The notes: generated by a model not told the origin, from the sequence alone. DNA of 64,000 nucleotides from Rhina ancylostomus (GCA_030265395.1 JARFYF010000074.1:29805645-29869644); one strand, 5' to 3'. Counted from the first letter of the stretch, positions 26,705 through 39,844 are shown. Program-made: numbers and translations.

Positions 26705-27035
26705 ATTCCTACTCTTCACAGACATTATCCTTTATTTGAAACAGCAACATATGCGATGTTAGGTGATAACAACTGGGCCCAGAAATGATGACCACTGCAT
26801 TTGAATAGAATATTGTAAATAGTATCAAAACTTACACATAAATCTTGAGAGCAAGTTTAGAGAAAATGAGAATAGCTGGCTGTGATTGTAGCACACTTCA
26901 GCAAGGAGCCAACATCCATAGGAGAAGCAAATGAAAAGAAATACCAAAAGTTTGATAATACTACAAGCTTGCAATATGCCTTTTAAACACTCCGCTGCTG
27001 ATGCTAACATACAGTATGTCTAGCAATACATCAAA
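26705..27035 (-). pseudogene. TOPAZ1-like C-terminal domain, block 1
   Basis: FDVLLDILYVSISSGVFK ~ LQVLNDLLNSLLKHCLLK; GILQACSIIKLL ~ QIVNLSIMVKML; FMCKF...IMSVKSR ~ IFCKL...VLEMKSR (TOPAZ1 side recalled). Confidence 0.65.
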
Positions 27036-27094
27036 CTAAAGTTGGTCAGACTCTAAATCTAGAAGTTGTACCAATTTGGTTAACCTTTAATAAA

Positions 27095-27372
27095 ACATCA
27101 TCGAGTCCACAGAAACAAGCTCTTTGGTCCAACTTGATATGCTGACCAAGGTGCCGACCTGAGCTAGTCCCATTTGCCTNNNNNNNNNNNNNNNNNNNNN
27201 NNNNNNNNNNNNNNNNNNNNNNNNNNNNNNNNNNNNNNNNNNNNNNNNNNNNNNNNNNNNNNNNNNNNNNNNNNNNNNNATATGCTGACCAAGGTGCCGA
27301 CCTGAGCTAGTCCCATTTGCCTGTGTTTTATCCATATCCCTCTAAATGTTTCCTATCCATGTATCTGACTAA
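27095..27372 (-). mobile_element. HER1/CR1 3' tail (contains a 100-N gap with duplicated flanks)
   Basis: AGTCCACAGAAACAAGC..GCTAGTCCCATTTGCCTG..CCATATCCCTCTAAA. Confidence 0.8.
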
Positions 27373-27374
27373 AT

Positions 27375-29400
27375 AAGACCATAAGATATAGGAGCAGGAT
27401 TAGGTCATTTGGCTAATTGTGTCTGCTCTGTCATTCAATCAAGGCTGACTTTCTATTTTTTCAACCTCATTTTCCCGCCTCCTCCTCATAAACCTTCACC
27501 CTCTTACCAATCAAGAACCTATCAATCTCTGCCTTAAATACACCCAATGACTTGGCCTCCACGCCCTCTGTGGCAATGAATTCTGCAGATTCACCACTCT
27601 CTGGCTGAAGAAATCCCCCTTCATCTCTGTTCCAAAGGGACATCCCTTTATTCTGAGGCTGTACCCTTTGATCCCAGACTCTCCTACTAATAGAAATATC
27701 CTCTCTGCATCCACTCTATCCAGGCCTTTCAGTATTCAGTAGGTTGCAGTGAGATTCTCCTCCATTCAGCAGCCCCCCCACCCTTCCTTCTGAACTCCAT
27801 AGGGTACAGGTGCAGATCTATCAAACGCTTCTCATACATTAAGCTTTTCATTCCCAGGATCATTCTTGTGAACCTCCTATAGACCCTCTCCAGGGCCAGC
27901 ACATCTTTCCTTAGATTCAGAGTGCAAAATTGCTCACAACATTCCAAATCATGTCTGACCAATGCCTTAAAGCCTCAGCACCACATCCTTGCTTTTATAT
28001 TCTAGTCCTGTCAAAATGAATGCTAACATTGCATTTGCCTCCCTTACTACCGACTCAACCTGCAAGTTAACCTTGAGGGAATCCTGAACTAAGACTCCCA
28101 AGTCATGTTGCAGCTCTGATTTCCGAATTCTCTCCCCATTTAGAAAATAGTCTACACCTTTATTCTTCCTACCAAAGTGTCTAAACTGCTTGTAACCTCC
28201 TCAAAGAATTCTAACTGATTTGTCAGGCAAAATCTCCCCTGTGCATGCTTTGCCCTATTTGATCATTTATTTCCAAGTAATCCAAAATTTCATCCTTAGT
28301 AATGGACTCTAAAATCTTAACAACCATTGAGGTCAGGCCAATTGGTCTATAATTTCCTGTATTTTGCCTCCCTCCTTACTTATACAGGGTTGTTATATCT
28401 GTGATTTTTTTCCAGTCCTCTGGGACCCTCCCTCACCCCAGTGACTTTTGATAGATCACTACTACTGCCTCTACAATCCATTCAGCTATTTATTCCAGAA
28501 CTCTGGGGTGTGGTCCTCCTGGCCCAGATGATTTATCCATCTTTAGGTCTTTCAGATTCCCCAGCACCTTCTCCTTAGTAATGGCCACTACACTCACCTC
28601 TGCCCCCTGACTCTCGAATTTCTGGCATGTTGCTGGTGTCTTTCACTGTGAAGACTGATGCAAAGTACCTGTTCAGTTCCTCCACCATTTCTTTATTCTC
28701 CATTGCTCCTTCTCCAGCATCATTTTCCAGTAGTCCAATGTCCGCTCTTGCCTCTCTCTTACCGCTTGTGTATCTAAAAACTTCTGCAATCTTCTTTTAT
28801 ATTATTGGCTAGTTTACCCTCATATTTTGTCTTTTCCCCCTTTTTGCTTTTAGTTGTCCTGTTGGGTTTTAAAGGCTTCCCAGTCCTCTAGCTTCCTACT
28901 AATCTTCACCATATTGTCTGCCTTCTCTTTGGCTTTTATGTTGTCCCTGACTTCCCTTGTCAGATGGTTGCCTCATCTTCCCCTTCTTCTTTGGGATGGA
29001 ATTTTGCTGTGTCTCCTGAATTACTCCCAGAAACTCTTGCTATTGCTGCTCCACTGACTTTCCTGTTAAGGTTCCCTTCCAATCAACTCTGGCCAGCTCC
29101 TCCCTCATGTCTCAATAGTACCGTTATATGATTTCAGCTTCTCCCTCTCAAACTGCAGGGTAAATTATATCTCATATTTTGGTCACTGCTCTTAAGGGTT
29201 TATTCACTTTGAGCTCCCTAATCAAGTCTGCCTCATTACACAACACCAAACCAAGAACTGCCTGTTCTCCGGTGGGCCCTACCACAAGCTGCTCTAAAAA
29301 GCCATCAAATAGACATTCCATAAATTCCTTTTCTTGGGGTTTACTACCAACCTGATTTTCCCAGTCTACCTGTATATTGAAGTCCCAAATGTCCTGCTTA
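27375..29400 (-). mobile_element. CR1 LINE, endonuclease-to-3' remnant
   Basis: ORF translations DFNIQVDWENQ..FLEQLVVGPT..LVLCNE; LRKDVLALERVYRRFTRMI; FFSQRVVNLQNSLPQR. Confidence 0.9.
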
Positions 29401-29619
29401 AACATCTTTTAAAAGTTATAAAAATGGCTAGCTTGTTGGACCACCACCTAAGAGGAAAGTTAATCATTCACTGGTAGCAGAGGAAAATTAAATGAACCCA
29501 ACCTAGCTAATGGAGGCGCATGTCTTATGTAAAATAAAAGGCAGGTTTGTCAGTCATTATGATAGAGATACAATTGGTACAAGAGAAAGCAATGAGATAT
29601 CCAAGCCATTTTTCATTAT

Positions 29620-31540
29620 TCCACCTTGAAAAGCATGAGGATGTTTTAAAAAAAACTATTTGCTTTTCCCAAATCTTTCAAACTTGTGTTTATTAAAACT
29701 ATGTTGTTCAATAGCTTATGTTCCTTAACCATGTTATGTGGAATATTTCCAGTAAACAACATCTTAATCAAGTTTAAGGGCTGCAAAATTGCACATTTTG
29801 CAATGAAATGAATGGCACTGGAAAATTATGCATTTTTTAATTTATCAGGCAAATAGTTTGTATTGTCATTTTACAGTGGAAAAAGATGGGACTGAATTTG
29901 TCCAAGACTTTTATACTATAAAGTTACATGATATTTCATTTTCAATGCTATATAAAAACCCAGCTTGCAAGAGCATTTTCAGTTTTCTTTTCCTTTTCAG
30001 ATGGAAGATTTTACTTTCTCAGTACGATCAGTTCTAAATCTTTTCTGCCTTGGAATCTGATTATTCCAACTTGTGAAGTTTTGGATCCTTTGTTTCTGTG
30101 TTGATTTTTTTCAATTAAAAGTACTCCACTACATTCATACACCAGGCTTCAAATATTGCACATTCTGTTGTGGACTTTTCTGAACACAAGAAGTTTTTGC
30201 AGGATGCACCTGAACTCACCAGGATTCTGTCTTCAGTCCAAACCTAAAATGAAGCACAAACACTCCAGGTCAGAGAGATTCATCTAGCACCAGAAGAAAG
30301 TGTAATTGGTTGTACCATCGATTGTTTCAAACCAATGAAATCAGTTCTTGCCTCAAAACCCGTGAAGACTCTGGTAATACATGGTATTGCAGTAACCTCA
30401 GCAGATGTTGGAGGCAGCCCTGGTACTACATAATGCTGCAACATCTGCTATCAAGTCTTCCATTGTTGTTCCAACCTTGGTCAGAAAGGTGTCATCAAGA
30501 GGAACCTCTGACCTTGTATCTACAGTTGCCCTAACTAACACGCATGAATCCAGGTAGGTCTTTGACTCAGTCATCTCTGCTCAGTCAAAATACACGGACT
30601 ACACGCAACATTAGAAGTTCTCTGCATCCTCTGGAATCCATTCTCTTATGAGGAGTTGTTTCACTGAAACAGACCCATCATCAAAGGCTTCACTCTGGAA
30701 AGTTCTTGGATGAATATCACCCTTCTTTGAAATTGTCCATCATGAAATGATTTGACTCAAATATCATTATGGAGACATGCTTTGACCCAAAGACTACAAG
30801 CCTCGATTTCAACCTTTGCTTCAAAAAGGCAATTGGTACCAGCTTTGGATGATGTCCTAATTCAGTTGTCTTGGTTGTCCAGTCTGCTCCGGCCAACTTA
30901 CTTATAGGTCTCAACAATTTTGCTGACTCATAGCAACTCTTTGGAATCTTCCAAATGAAAATGGGGGAATCTACTATATTTTGGTAGATACAGCTCAAAC
31001 TTCTAAGGCAAATCTTGTTTCTTCAATTAAATGCCTAAACAGCACTATTTTGGTATCCCTTTTCATTTAGCTCAATAGTCAATCCTGAATCTAATGAAGC
31101 TATTTATATCATAAGGTTTTCTGTATTTTGACTTTACAATATCTCTATGGTTGACCGATGAACTAGCTCGGAAGGTCTAGTAGAGCTTTCCTCGGGCAGT
31201 GTGGACAACATTACAGTTCCAACTAACATCAAAGTCTTTTTTTTTCCTTGGATTCTTCATTGAGGACCACAGAGGACAGACCCCAAGCCCTTGATGTATT
31301 TCAGTCTGAGGAAAAAAAATGTACTGTTGGTGTTCTTCAGGGAAGGGATTGCAGGAATGTTCTATGCCTTGGATATGCTGTTTAATATAGTGAAACAGTT
31401 TCATTTTCACAGATCTCTGAGGATCTTCAGTTAAAACTGCTAGGCTCCTTTTCATACATATAAAATTTTTGGAGAATCTTGAAGAAATGCTTGAATATTT
31501 GCAGCAATACAGAAACAAAGTAGTAAGAATATTCATATAG
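29620..31540 (-). pseudogene. Distal part of the large decayed exon, ending in a CCCH-finger-like remnant
   Basis: Frames such as EMTESKTYLDSCVLVRATVDTRSEVPLDDTFLTKVGTTMEDLIADVAALC and VWTEDRILVSSGASCKNFLCSEKSTTECAIFEAW. CKMCNFA around 29782-29802 resembles TOPAZ1 RPLCKFAH (recalled). Confidence 0.55.
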
Positions 31541-32099
31541 AGATACCCTAAAATAGTCTTAAAGAGCGAGCTTCAAATGGGGGGGGGGGGTAAGAAACAC
31601 CTGCTTCACAAGGAGCTGATTCACCCTAGNNNNNNNNNNCTGCCTCAGCGCCTTCGTATCATTCTTTCTAAACTTTCCCAGCACCTACCAAAATCAACAA
31701 GAAAACTATTCTAACATCTTTTTAAAATGAAGCATCATAATGGCCAATATTAACTGGACCATTTTAGCATCCTTCCTTTAAAGGAATAGCTTGTTTAGAA
31801 TAATTTAGGAAATTAGATACATTTACATATACATTTGGTCAGAAAGGTGAAGTTCAGATATATGACATGGTGTAGCTCTCAAACTGACTCCTTCTGCACA
31901 CTTTGCAGTAAAATAGATAGTTGAAGTCACACACACCACCAAAATTCCTCTAAATTTGTCACACATTTATTAATGCAGAATCAGTAAATTATAACATTTG
32001 AGCAATTTATATATTTTCATGCTCAAAATGCAGTATTCTGTGATCATGTTTTAGCCTGTTGCTTTTTTTATTTTAAATAATAAATCATTTGTTCATAGG

Positions 32100-34200
32100 C
32101 TGAAAGCATTAACTGAAATGCTGGTATTTATTGCCCATACCTACTTGTCCCTAAAGCAAGGAGACTTATGAGTTTAACACATTCTGTTGGATGGAACATT
32201 TCACCATTTTTCAAGTTTGGGTTCTTTTTTTTTAAATTCATCATTGGAAAGCCAGTGTTTGTTGCTGTACCCTAACTTCTTGCATCACTGAAAGTCCATT
32301 GTGCTGAAGAGAAAAACAAAGTACTGGAGGAACTTAGTGGGTCAGACAGCATGTGTGTAGGCAAAGGGATGGTTGATGTTTCAGGCTGAGACCCTGCATC
32401 AGGTCTGAGAGTGTAGAGGAAAGATAGTCAGTACTAAGAGGTGAAAAGAAGGAGTGACATGGGCTGTTAGATGAAATGTGGAACCAAGTGAAATGGGTAA
32501 GATGGAGGAGGGGGTTGTTTTGAGACAGAGGCTGGTTAGTGATGGATGGAAACTAAAATAGAAAAAAAAGAAAACATTGGGCGGAGTCCATTGTGTTGTC
32601 AGGTAGGGAATTCCAGACTTATGATCCAGCAATGATAAAGTTGGGACATATTTCGAAGTCTGGATAGCTGTGATTTGGAGCAGAACAGGAGAACGTGGCA
32701 TTCCAAGTCCCTGTTGTCCAAACCTTATCATTCTAGGTGATGATGTCATTGGTTTGGAAGGTGCTGTTGAATATCTAGGAATAACAAATGCTGACTGTGA
32801 CTCACTGCTGGGACGTCTGCCTCTGCATAGGTTCAGGTTCAAGACATTGCTCAATCCTTGAGCACAGAATCTAGTTTGACACTTCAGGAGGAAAGCTTGT
32901 GGTGGTGTTCCTACATGTCTACTGCTCTTTAAAACATCTATAGTGGTGAATGGGAGGTAATCAAGTGGGTTACTTTTTCCTGGAACTTCTGGACCATTGT
33001 TGGAGCTGCACTCATCCTAGCAAGTGGAGAGTATTTCATTATGTTCTGGACCAGTGTCCTGTAGATGAAGGAAAGAGTTTGGGAGGATAGTTTTGCCACA
33101 AAATGTGAAGCCTCTAACATGTTCCTATTGTCACAGTGCACATGTGACCAGGTTTCTAGTGAATGGTAATATCCAGGATGTTGATGTTAGGGAATATGGG
33201 CAATTGTTCACTGTACCCTCGTCAGGTACAAGCTGAATGCTATAGCTGTACTGGAAATATCATGGCTAAAGGCACAGCCAGTTTTGGAATATCAAGAGAA
33301 GATGGTTAGATTTTCTCTCGTTCAGGATGGCCATTGCCCTGACACTTGTGTGGTGTGAATAGTACATGTCATATCACCCCAAGCCTGAATGTCGTCCATT
33401 CATTCTACAAAATAATATGTGGGTATGGACTTCTGCACATTGAAATGAACATCATGCAATCAGCAAACATTCTCTGAGTTGGTGATTTTTTTTTAAGTGG
33501 GCCAAACAAATCATTGCTGCAACAGCTGATGGTTGGAGCTATAAACAAATCATTGCTGTGCAACTCCTCCAAGGGTCCTGGGACTGAAAAGAAATAATTG
33601 ACTTCAATAATCATAACCATTTTCTTCCATATTAAGGCCAGAGCATCCAGAGGATAGTCATGTGATTCCCACTGACTTCAATTTTACTAGGGCCCCTTGA
33701 TGCTATAATCAAGCCAAATACTCCTTTGTCATTCCCACTTCATATTCAAAATTCGGCACGCTTGGATCTAGGCTGTAATCAGGTCAGAAGCCCAACAGCC
33801 ACGGGAGAACATAACAACCTGCTCACTGATGCTCAGTTTAAGTACCCCTTTATAACATTTTCAGTGAATCCTTCTATTAGTCAGCAGATGAAATAAGAAT
33901 ATGGTGAGAGCCAAGGTTGGATTTGTCCTGTTTGTGGTGGGCAAGTTACTTCTGGGTAACTTTCCACTCTTTGGTATGTGTTAGGTGCTATTGCTGTACT
34001 GTAATAGCTGAAAGCATGGTTACTTTTGGAGCACTTGAATTCAACATTACAGTTTGGTTGCTGATGGCACCATAGGCTTTGCAGTGTACTCAGGACTTTT
34101 CAAAATATCACATGAAGTGAAATTAACTGAAGACTGGCTTTTCTGATGACTTTGGGAAGCCAAAATGCATCATTCTCTTGGCATTTCTGGTTGCAAGTGC
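32100..34200 (-). mobile_element. L2/CR1-superfamily LINE fragments with a nested Penelope tail (~32305-32550)
   Basis: IYRTLVQNIMKYSPLARMSAAPT; tail GCTGGTATTTATTGCCCAT; Penelope tail with a hammerhead-like core. Confidence 0.7.
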
Positions 34201-34399
34201 TTCAGACTCCTATGCAACCTCCACCACTTGCTTTACAATATATATTCCATAATTAAGAATCTTTAAGATTAATAAGAATGAAAGTAAATAAAATCATAAC
34301 CTTGACAAATAACCAAACCTGTTTGTAATTTACTCTATCAAGATAATGATGTTATTGTTGACTTTCAGTTGCAGAGATTTCTAGTTATACAAATTAAGG

Positions 34400-36493
34400 T
34401 GTCCTAAATTTGAATTTGACTCTTATAAAGTAAAAATTGAATCCCAGAACAAAGATTCAAATTCTCATTCAGATTATGTCTTTCAAAAGATATAACACAG
34501 AGAATCACATCTGAACCATTCAGCAACTCTTCCCATCTCTGACACTGCAAATAAAATGCTAGTAAATTCTCCACAGTCTCGTGTCTAAAAGTGCATTCTT
34601 CCAATGTTTGTGCATCTTAGTGATTCTTTGAAAATCTATCAGTGGAAGTCCATTGACTTCTTGTAATTAAGATGGGAATTTAGATTACAAGAATATGTCT
34701 GGAGTTCTAGTTGTTCAGCACATACAGATTCTACAGTTGGGAACATGAGAACTGCAGTATTCTATTAAACCCCAGAGTCTGACCTGCCATCAATTATATC
34801 CTGGCTGACTGTGAGCTAACTCTTTGCACCCAGCTTTATCCAGTTTAAAGCAATGTATGAATCATAGTGCCTTGCAGTTAAACCTCAAGGACGAGAATAT
34901 CTATTCAGTTTATCAAAGCTCACCTCTTAAATTTCATTAACTCACTTCATTTGGTTGCATTTTGAATAACTTTTATTTTAAAACATTGTTTGCCAAATTA
35001 TTGCACTTTCCAAGTACAGTTTGATCCAGGTTTTCTGTATTCAGTACTTCATTAAAAATTATGGGCTATAAACTGATTAAGGAACATTTTATAACACTAA
35101 CATAAATAATGTTGAAACTATATGGGACATAGAAATGAATGTAAATTAAATTCTAATACAAGGTGCATATAAAACAAACTGTCAGTTTTAAATGTTGATC
35201 AACTTAAGCCATTTCCAGCATATAAAATAAAAATAATTGCCCAAATACAGTGCTTTTGCTAATCCAATCTAAAACAATTTAAACATGTTCATATTTTTCA
35301 ACAGCTCACATTTACTCAGAATACAATTGATGCACCTACACTGGGACAGGTTGGTAAACAACCTAGTGATAACCCTGTCTTTCAAATCATTTGGCACTCA
35401 GAATGAGTTTCAACTGTATAAACAGACATACAAATCTGACTGCATCTGGCACCAATGTAGCTGGGCTGTTAATATTTTTACCTGAAATTTAACACAGTGT
35501 CTTTTTAAACCACAAATAAATGCATATTCCTTTTGAAGTTGTATAATCTATGATTTTAATTTTGCTGCATTGAGAAAATTATGCTTAGTTAAGCTATCAT
35601 ATTTGACACTTAATCTTGCCATTAGGCTTTCTAACAAAAAACATAAAATTGTTTCAGTTTCATCCATCGGAACTCAACATTCCCCACAAGTGACAGATCA
35701 TAATTCATCACAAAGATGTCACAGAATTTTGCTATACAGTATCAACAAATCTACACCTTTAGTAATAACAACTTTTAGGTAATACTGCAACTAAGCAACA
35801 ACATCTCACAAGCTGACTGGAGTCAGGGGTCAAGGTAGACAGGCATACAATGTTCAAGTCACGGACAAGAAAATACAATATACTGAAAAATGCTGTTGAA
35901 GGGCTAAAACTTCAAAGCCACCTGTGCACTTATCATGGCATTATTGCTTCCTTGCAAGTGCTCTTGCTTGTCAACAGTTCCCAAGCTCCAGATATTCAAG
36001 TGCCATCGAAAAATCAACTCAATTTTCAACCAACACATTAACGCTTTTAGATATTGCCACATTTTTTAAATTAGAATTCAAGCTCGCCTTCTCATCAATT
36101 GTATAAATTGTTTGAGAGAACTAAATTCCGCAGATACATCTTGCGTCATATTCAAGGAGTTCTTAACAAACAATATCCTCTTCTTAAATATTTGATTTTT
36201 ATTGGATCTTTGACCATGGATGCAACAATCCCAGTTCTGCTAGTAGAAGGCAGATGTGAACTTATTCAGATATTTTTCATTGCTGAATATAGGACAAAGA
36301 AATATGCGAGTGTACAGATTACCATATCCTGCGCTGAAAGCCTTATTCTAACTGCCATGTGGATCACCAGATATATTTGAAACACTTCAATAGTTAGTAT
36401 TTAAGAGATTGTTCTGGAAATCAATCTTGCACATTTGTTAGTAAATGCATTACACATGGAGTAATACTTCAGACTATAATGTTGTTTGTCCAC
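34400..36493 (-). pseudogene. Proximal part of a large decayed coding exon (putative N-terminal region of the TOPAZ1-like gene)
   Basis: Acceptor-like TTTCACAAATAG|GTG at 36493. Long frames with scattered stops, e.g. NKAFSAGYGNLYTRIFLCPIFSNEKYLNKFTSAFY* and NTAVLMFPTVESVCAEQLELQTYSCNLNSHLNYKK. Not TE-like; no specific homology recognised. Confidence 0.45.
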
Positions 36494-36869
36494 CTATTTG
36501 TGAAATTAAAATTCACTCTGCAATCTAGGGCAATTACAAACACCAAGGTGTTCCATCTGTACATCAATATGAAAAAGTATTCAAAGTCATTTTATCATAA
36601 ACTAGTTCTGTGTTTTATTGCATAATTACAAGCAAGCTGTTCCTTTATTGGAGGAAGATAATTTTAATCTTAGCACATGTATAAAATGAAAATTTGAGAT
36701 CACCTTTTGTGTAGACACTCTTATTCTTTGGTGTCCTTGCACTGAATTCCTATCCTCTTTCCGCTAGGTTTCTGCCTTTGATGAAATTAATACACAACTG
36801 GGTTCAGCAATTTAATTCTTTTATATTGAAGCTAAATTATGGTCAAGTCAGTTGTGTTGAACATCCTAC

Positions 36870-37162
36870 TGAAGGACAGCTTCTACCTCACTCGATAAGA
36901 CTATTGAACGGTTCCCCTATTCAGTGAGATGGATTATGACCTCATGATCTACCTTACTCCTTGCACCTTATTGCACTGCACTTTCTCTGTAGCTGGGACA
37001 CTTTATACTGTTATTGTTTTTTTCCTGTACTACATCAATACACTCTGTACTAACTCAATGTAACTGCATTGTGTAATGAATTGATCTGCATGATCAGTTT
37101 GTAATACAAGCTTTTCACTGTACCTTGGTACAAGTGACAATAATAAACCAATACCAATACTG
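36870..37162 (+). mobile_element. Rex1/Babar LINE 3' end
   Basis: AAGGACAGCTTCTAC..TGCACTGCACTTTCTCTGTAG..AAGCTTTTCACTGTACCTTGGTACAAGTGACAATAATAAACCAATACCAATAC. Confidence 0.75.
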
Positions 37163-37249
37163 CCAAATGCTGTTGAGATTTATACATGAGAGAATGGCTG
37201 GCTGAATGAAATGCATTAGCGTCCTTTTGTTTTTAGAAAGACTACACAT

Positions 37250-39470
37250 GTTGATTGGGCATTAAATTCTGGCCCCGCTATTCTTAATTGCCCTTGAAGA
37301 TGATAAATGTCAGCTTCTTGAACTGCCATTGAACTTCCAGTGACAATCACACACATTGCTATAGATTGAGAAATTCCACAAGTTTGATCTATTGACCACA
37401 AGAGTAATATAATTCAAAGTTAGGAAGGTCTGCAATTTGGAAGGGTATTATCAGATGGTGATACACCCAAGCTCGTTCAGTTCTGGTCCTCCCAGCCTAT
37501 AGTAAAGGACTTTGAGAAAGTCATCTTAGCAAGTTGTTGCAGTTCATTTGTAGCTGATACACAATGCAGCCACAGTGCTTTGATGGTGAAGGGAGTGAAG
37601 GGGATGCTAATCATGCACACTGCTTTGCCCGAGATCATAAGAATTCTGAGTGCTATTGAAGGCACATTTATCCAGGCAAGTGGAGATTAGTCCATTACGC
37701 AGATGGTGGAAAAGATGTGAATTATTTACACATTATCCATTCTCTGATCTGCTCTTGTAACTACAATGCATGCTGCTGAAGGAAGGATTTGGCACTAGAA
37801 AATACCATTGAATGTTACAGACCCAACTCACATGCTAGAGACGGTCAGTGCTTGGCACAGGTGTTACTTGCCACTTTTCTACCTCGTCTGAATGTTTGAG
37901 ATTTGCTGGCTGCTTGATTATCCAGTTGGAACCAAAAGCAAACACGGTTCAATCATCTACAAATGTCCTCACTTTTTATTTTACTTTCAGGATGTGGGCA
38001 AAGCTACATGTATTGCTGTTCCCAGATGACCTCAGAGGTGATGGTGAAGTTCCTTGAGCTATTGCAGTCCTTCCAATGGTTTTCCCCACAATACAATCAG
38101 CCAAAGAGTTCCCAGTTTGGAATCATCACTGATGCATTTTAATTTCAATATGGTGCAACTTGAAAAGAAAACTCACAGATGCTGGCACTCCAATATGGCT
38201 ACAACCTTTATTCTTGGTATATGTGCTGGGTAAGGAGATGTTGTATTAGAAGTTGCTGCAAAGTACTTTCGAGATGTACCCACTACACCACAATGTGCCG
38301 ATAATGGAGCGAATAAATGTTAAGGGCAGAGGATTGCATGCCAATCAAATAGGCTGTTTAAGGCTGGATAGGGCAGACAGCTGCACATCCCAGCAAGCTG
38401 AGAGTGCACCATTACACTCCTTACTTTTGCCCATTAGATGGTGGAAATGTTTTGGGGAGGCAGGAAGCAAATCACATTCGATGAGATTCACAACCTCTCA
38501 GCTACTCGATACCACAATATTTACCTGACTGTCTAGTTATTTCCATACAATGCTGACTGCCATTTTGTTGAAGATGAAGGGCTGGGTGATGGTACTCCCA
38601 CTGGATGTCAAGTGTAGGTTGTTAGATTCTCTCTTGTTGGAAATGGCCATTCCCTGACAGTGAATATTATTTTCCATATGCAAGACTGCCTGAATGTTAT
38701 CCAAATCCTACTGAAAATGGTCATTTTTTAAATGAGATGTGGAGTTGAATATAGTTATATACTTCTAAACCTACTTTATGGGGAAAAGGCATGGAAGGTT
38801 GCATTTTGGATATTGCCTTAAGTAATGACTGAACCATTGTCTTTTGTGCAAGATCTTATGTGTAAACTCTAGCTAGAGGAGAGAATACCCCTGGATTCCA
38901 ATTTCCCTCAATTCAACAAGGAAACCTTAATGCCATATGATACCAAGGCAAAATTTGACTGCAAAAATAAGCAATGCTGCCTCACTTCCAAAACTCAGCT
39001 CTTACATCCACATTTATACCAAGGCTGTAATGTTGTCTGGAGATTAGTCCCAGAGGAACCCAAGCTAAACACCAGTAAGCTGGTTTATAGATGAATGTGA
39101 AGCTTGAGAACACTTTCTAAGGCAGCTTCCTCTGAAGACTGGAACCAATAGGACAATATTTCATCTGCATGCTTTTTGTGGACAGAACATACCGGGACAA
39201 ATTTCCACATTGCTGGGTGTTTGCGAATATCATAACTGTACAAAAGCATGTTTAGCTTCACAATTCACCTGCAGTACACCGATGGTGTTAAGTTCTATAG
39301 CCTTTGCTACATATTTAGTATTCCCATCTGTTTTTTGATGTCATGAGGAATTATTTGAATCAGCTGAAGAGGATTTTTACAACAGTGGAACTTTCAGGGA
39401 GAGACCAATACAAATGATCTAGCGGCAATCCTGGCTGAAAATGGTTGTAATCACTTTAAGCACATTCACA
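37250..39470 (-). mobile_element. Stacked degenerate L2/CR1-superfamily LINE fragments
   Basis: Same family as 32100-34200 (CAGGCAAGTGGAGA..; GTTAGATTCTCTCTTGTTGGAAATGGCCATT). Confidence 0.6.
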
Positions 39471-39804
39471 TCACTCATATGTGGCCTCTGCTATCATTGG
39501 GGTTTAGGATATTCATAGAGCTGTGCCCATAAGCTGAACTCAGGGAAGGCACTAAGTGGTAATCAGCAGAGGGTTTCCTTACCCAACTAGAGACTTCCTG
39601 GGATCCAGAGTCCAAGTTGAGGGCCTTCAAGATCATTCTTTCTTTACTGCACATCACTGTGCCACTTTTCAGGAAGATCTGTTGTTTGAGATTCAGCCAT
39701 AGGGTCCTGAAATCTGTCCCATTGTTCAATAAGCTTGTAGCTGATCCTGTACCTACTCACTTTCCCATCCAAATCCCATACTGCCCAAAAATCAACATCA
39801 GCCT

Positions 39805-39842
39805 TAAATATTACCAGTGACTAAATATTACCAGTGACTAAA
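39805..39842. repeat. 17-bp direct tandem duplication
   Basis: TAAATATTACCAGTGAC x2, followed by TAAA. Confidence 0.9.
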
Positions 39843-39844
39843 AT

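Larger units (their letters stand above)
11280..36493 (-). pseudogene. Decayed TOPAZ1-like gene (divergent, intron-poor paralogue), overall span
   Basis: Several minus-strand blocks with protein-like frames broken by stops and frameshifts. Blocks at 29.8, 27.0, 25.1, 24.7-24.2 and 11.85-11.28 kb are colinear with the human TOPAZ1 C-terminal domain as recalled from memory; no search was run. Confidence 0.68.

Noticed and set aside
24575-26836. GTAAGT donor-like sites at 24574 and 26835 as exon ends
   Set aside because: The protein similarity continues in frame through both sites.
26830-30000. TEX15 ohnologue hypothesis for the decayed gene (TEX15 lies downstream of PURG in human; isolated motifs RKRKL, KDLGK, YG..YN.SQ)
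   Set aside because: The matches were short, mutually inconsistent and not colinear, whereas TOPAZ1 explains the same blocks in order and spacing. TEX15 is still worth including as a control query.
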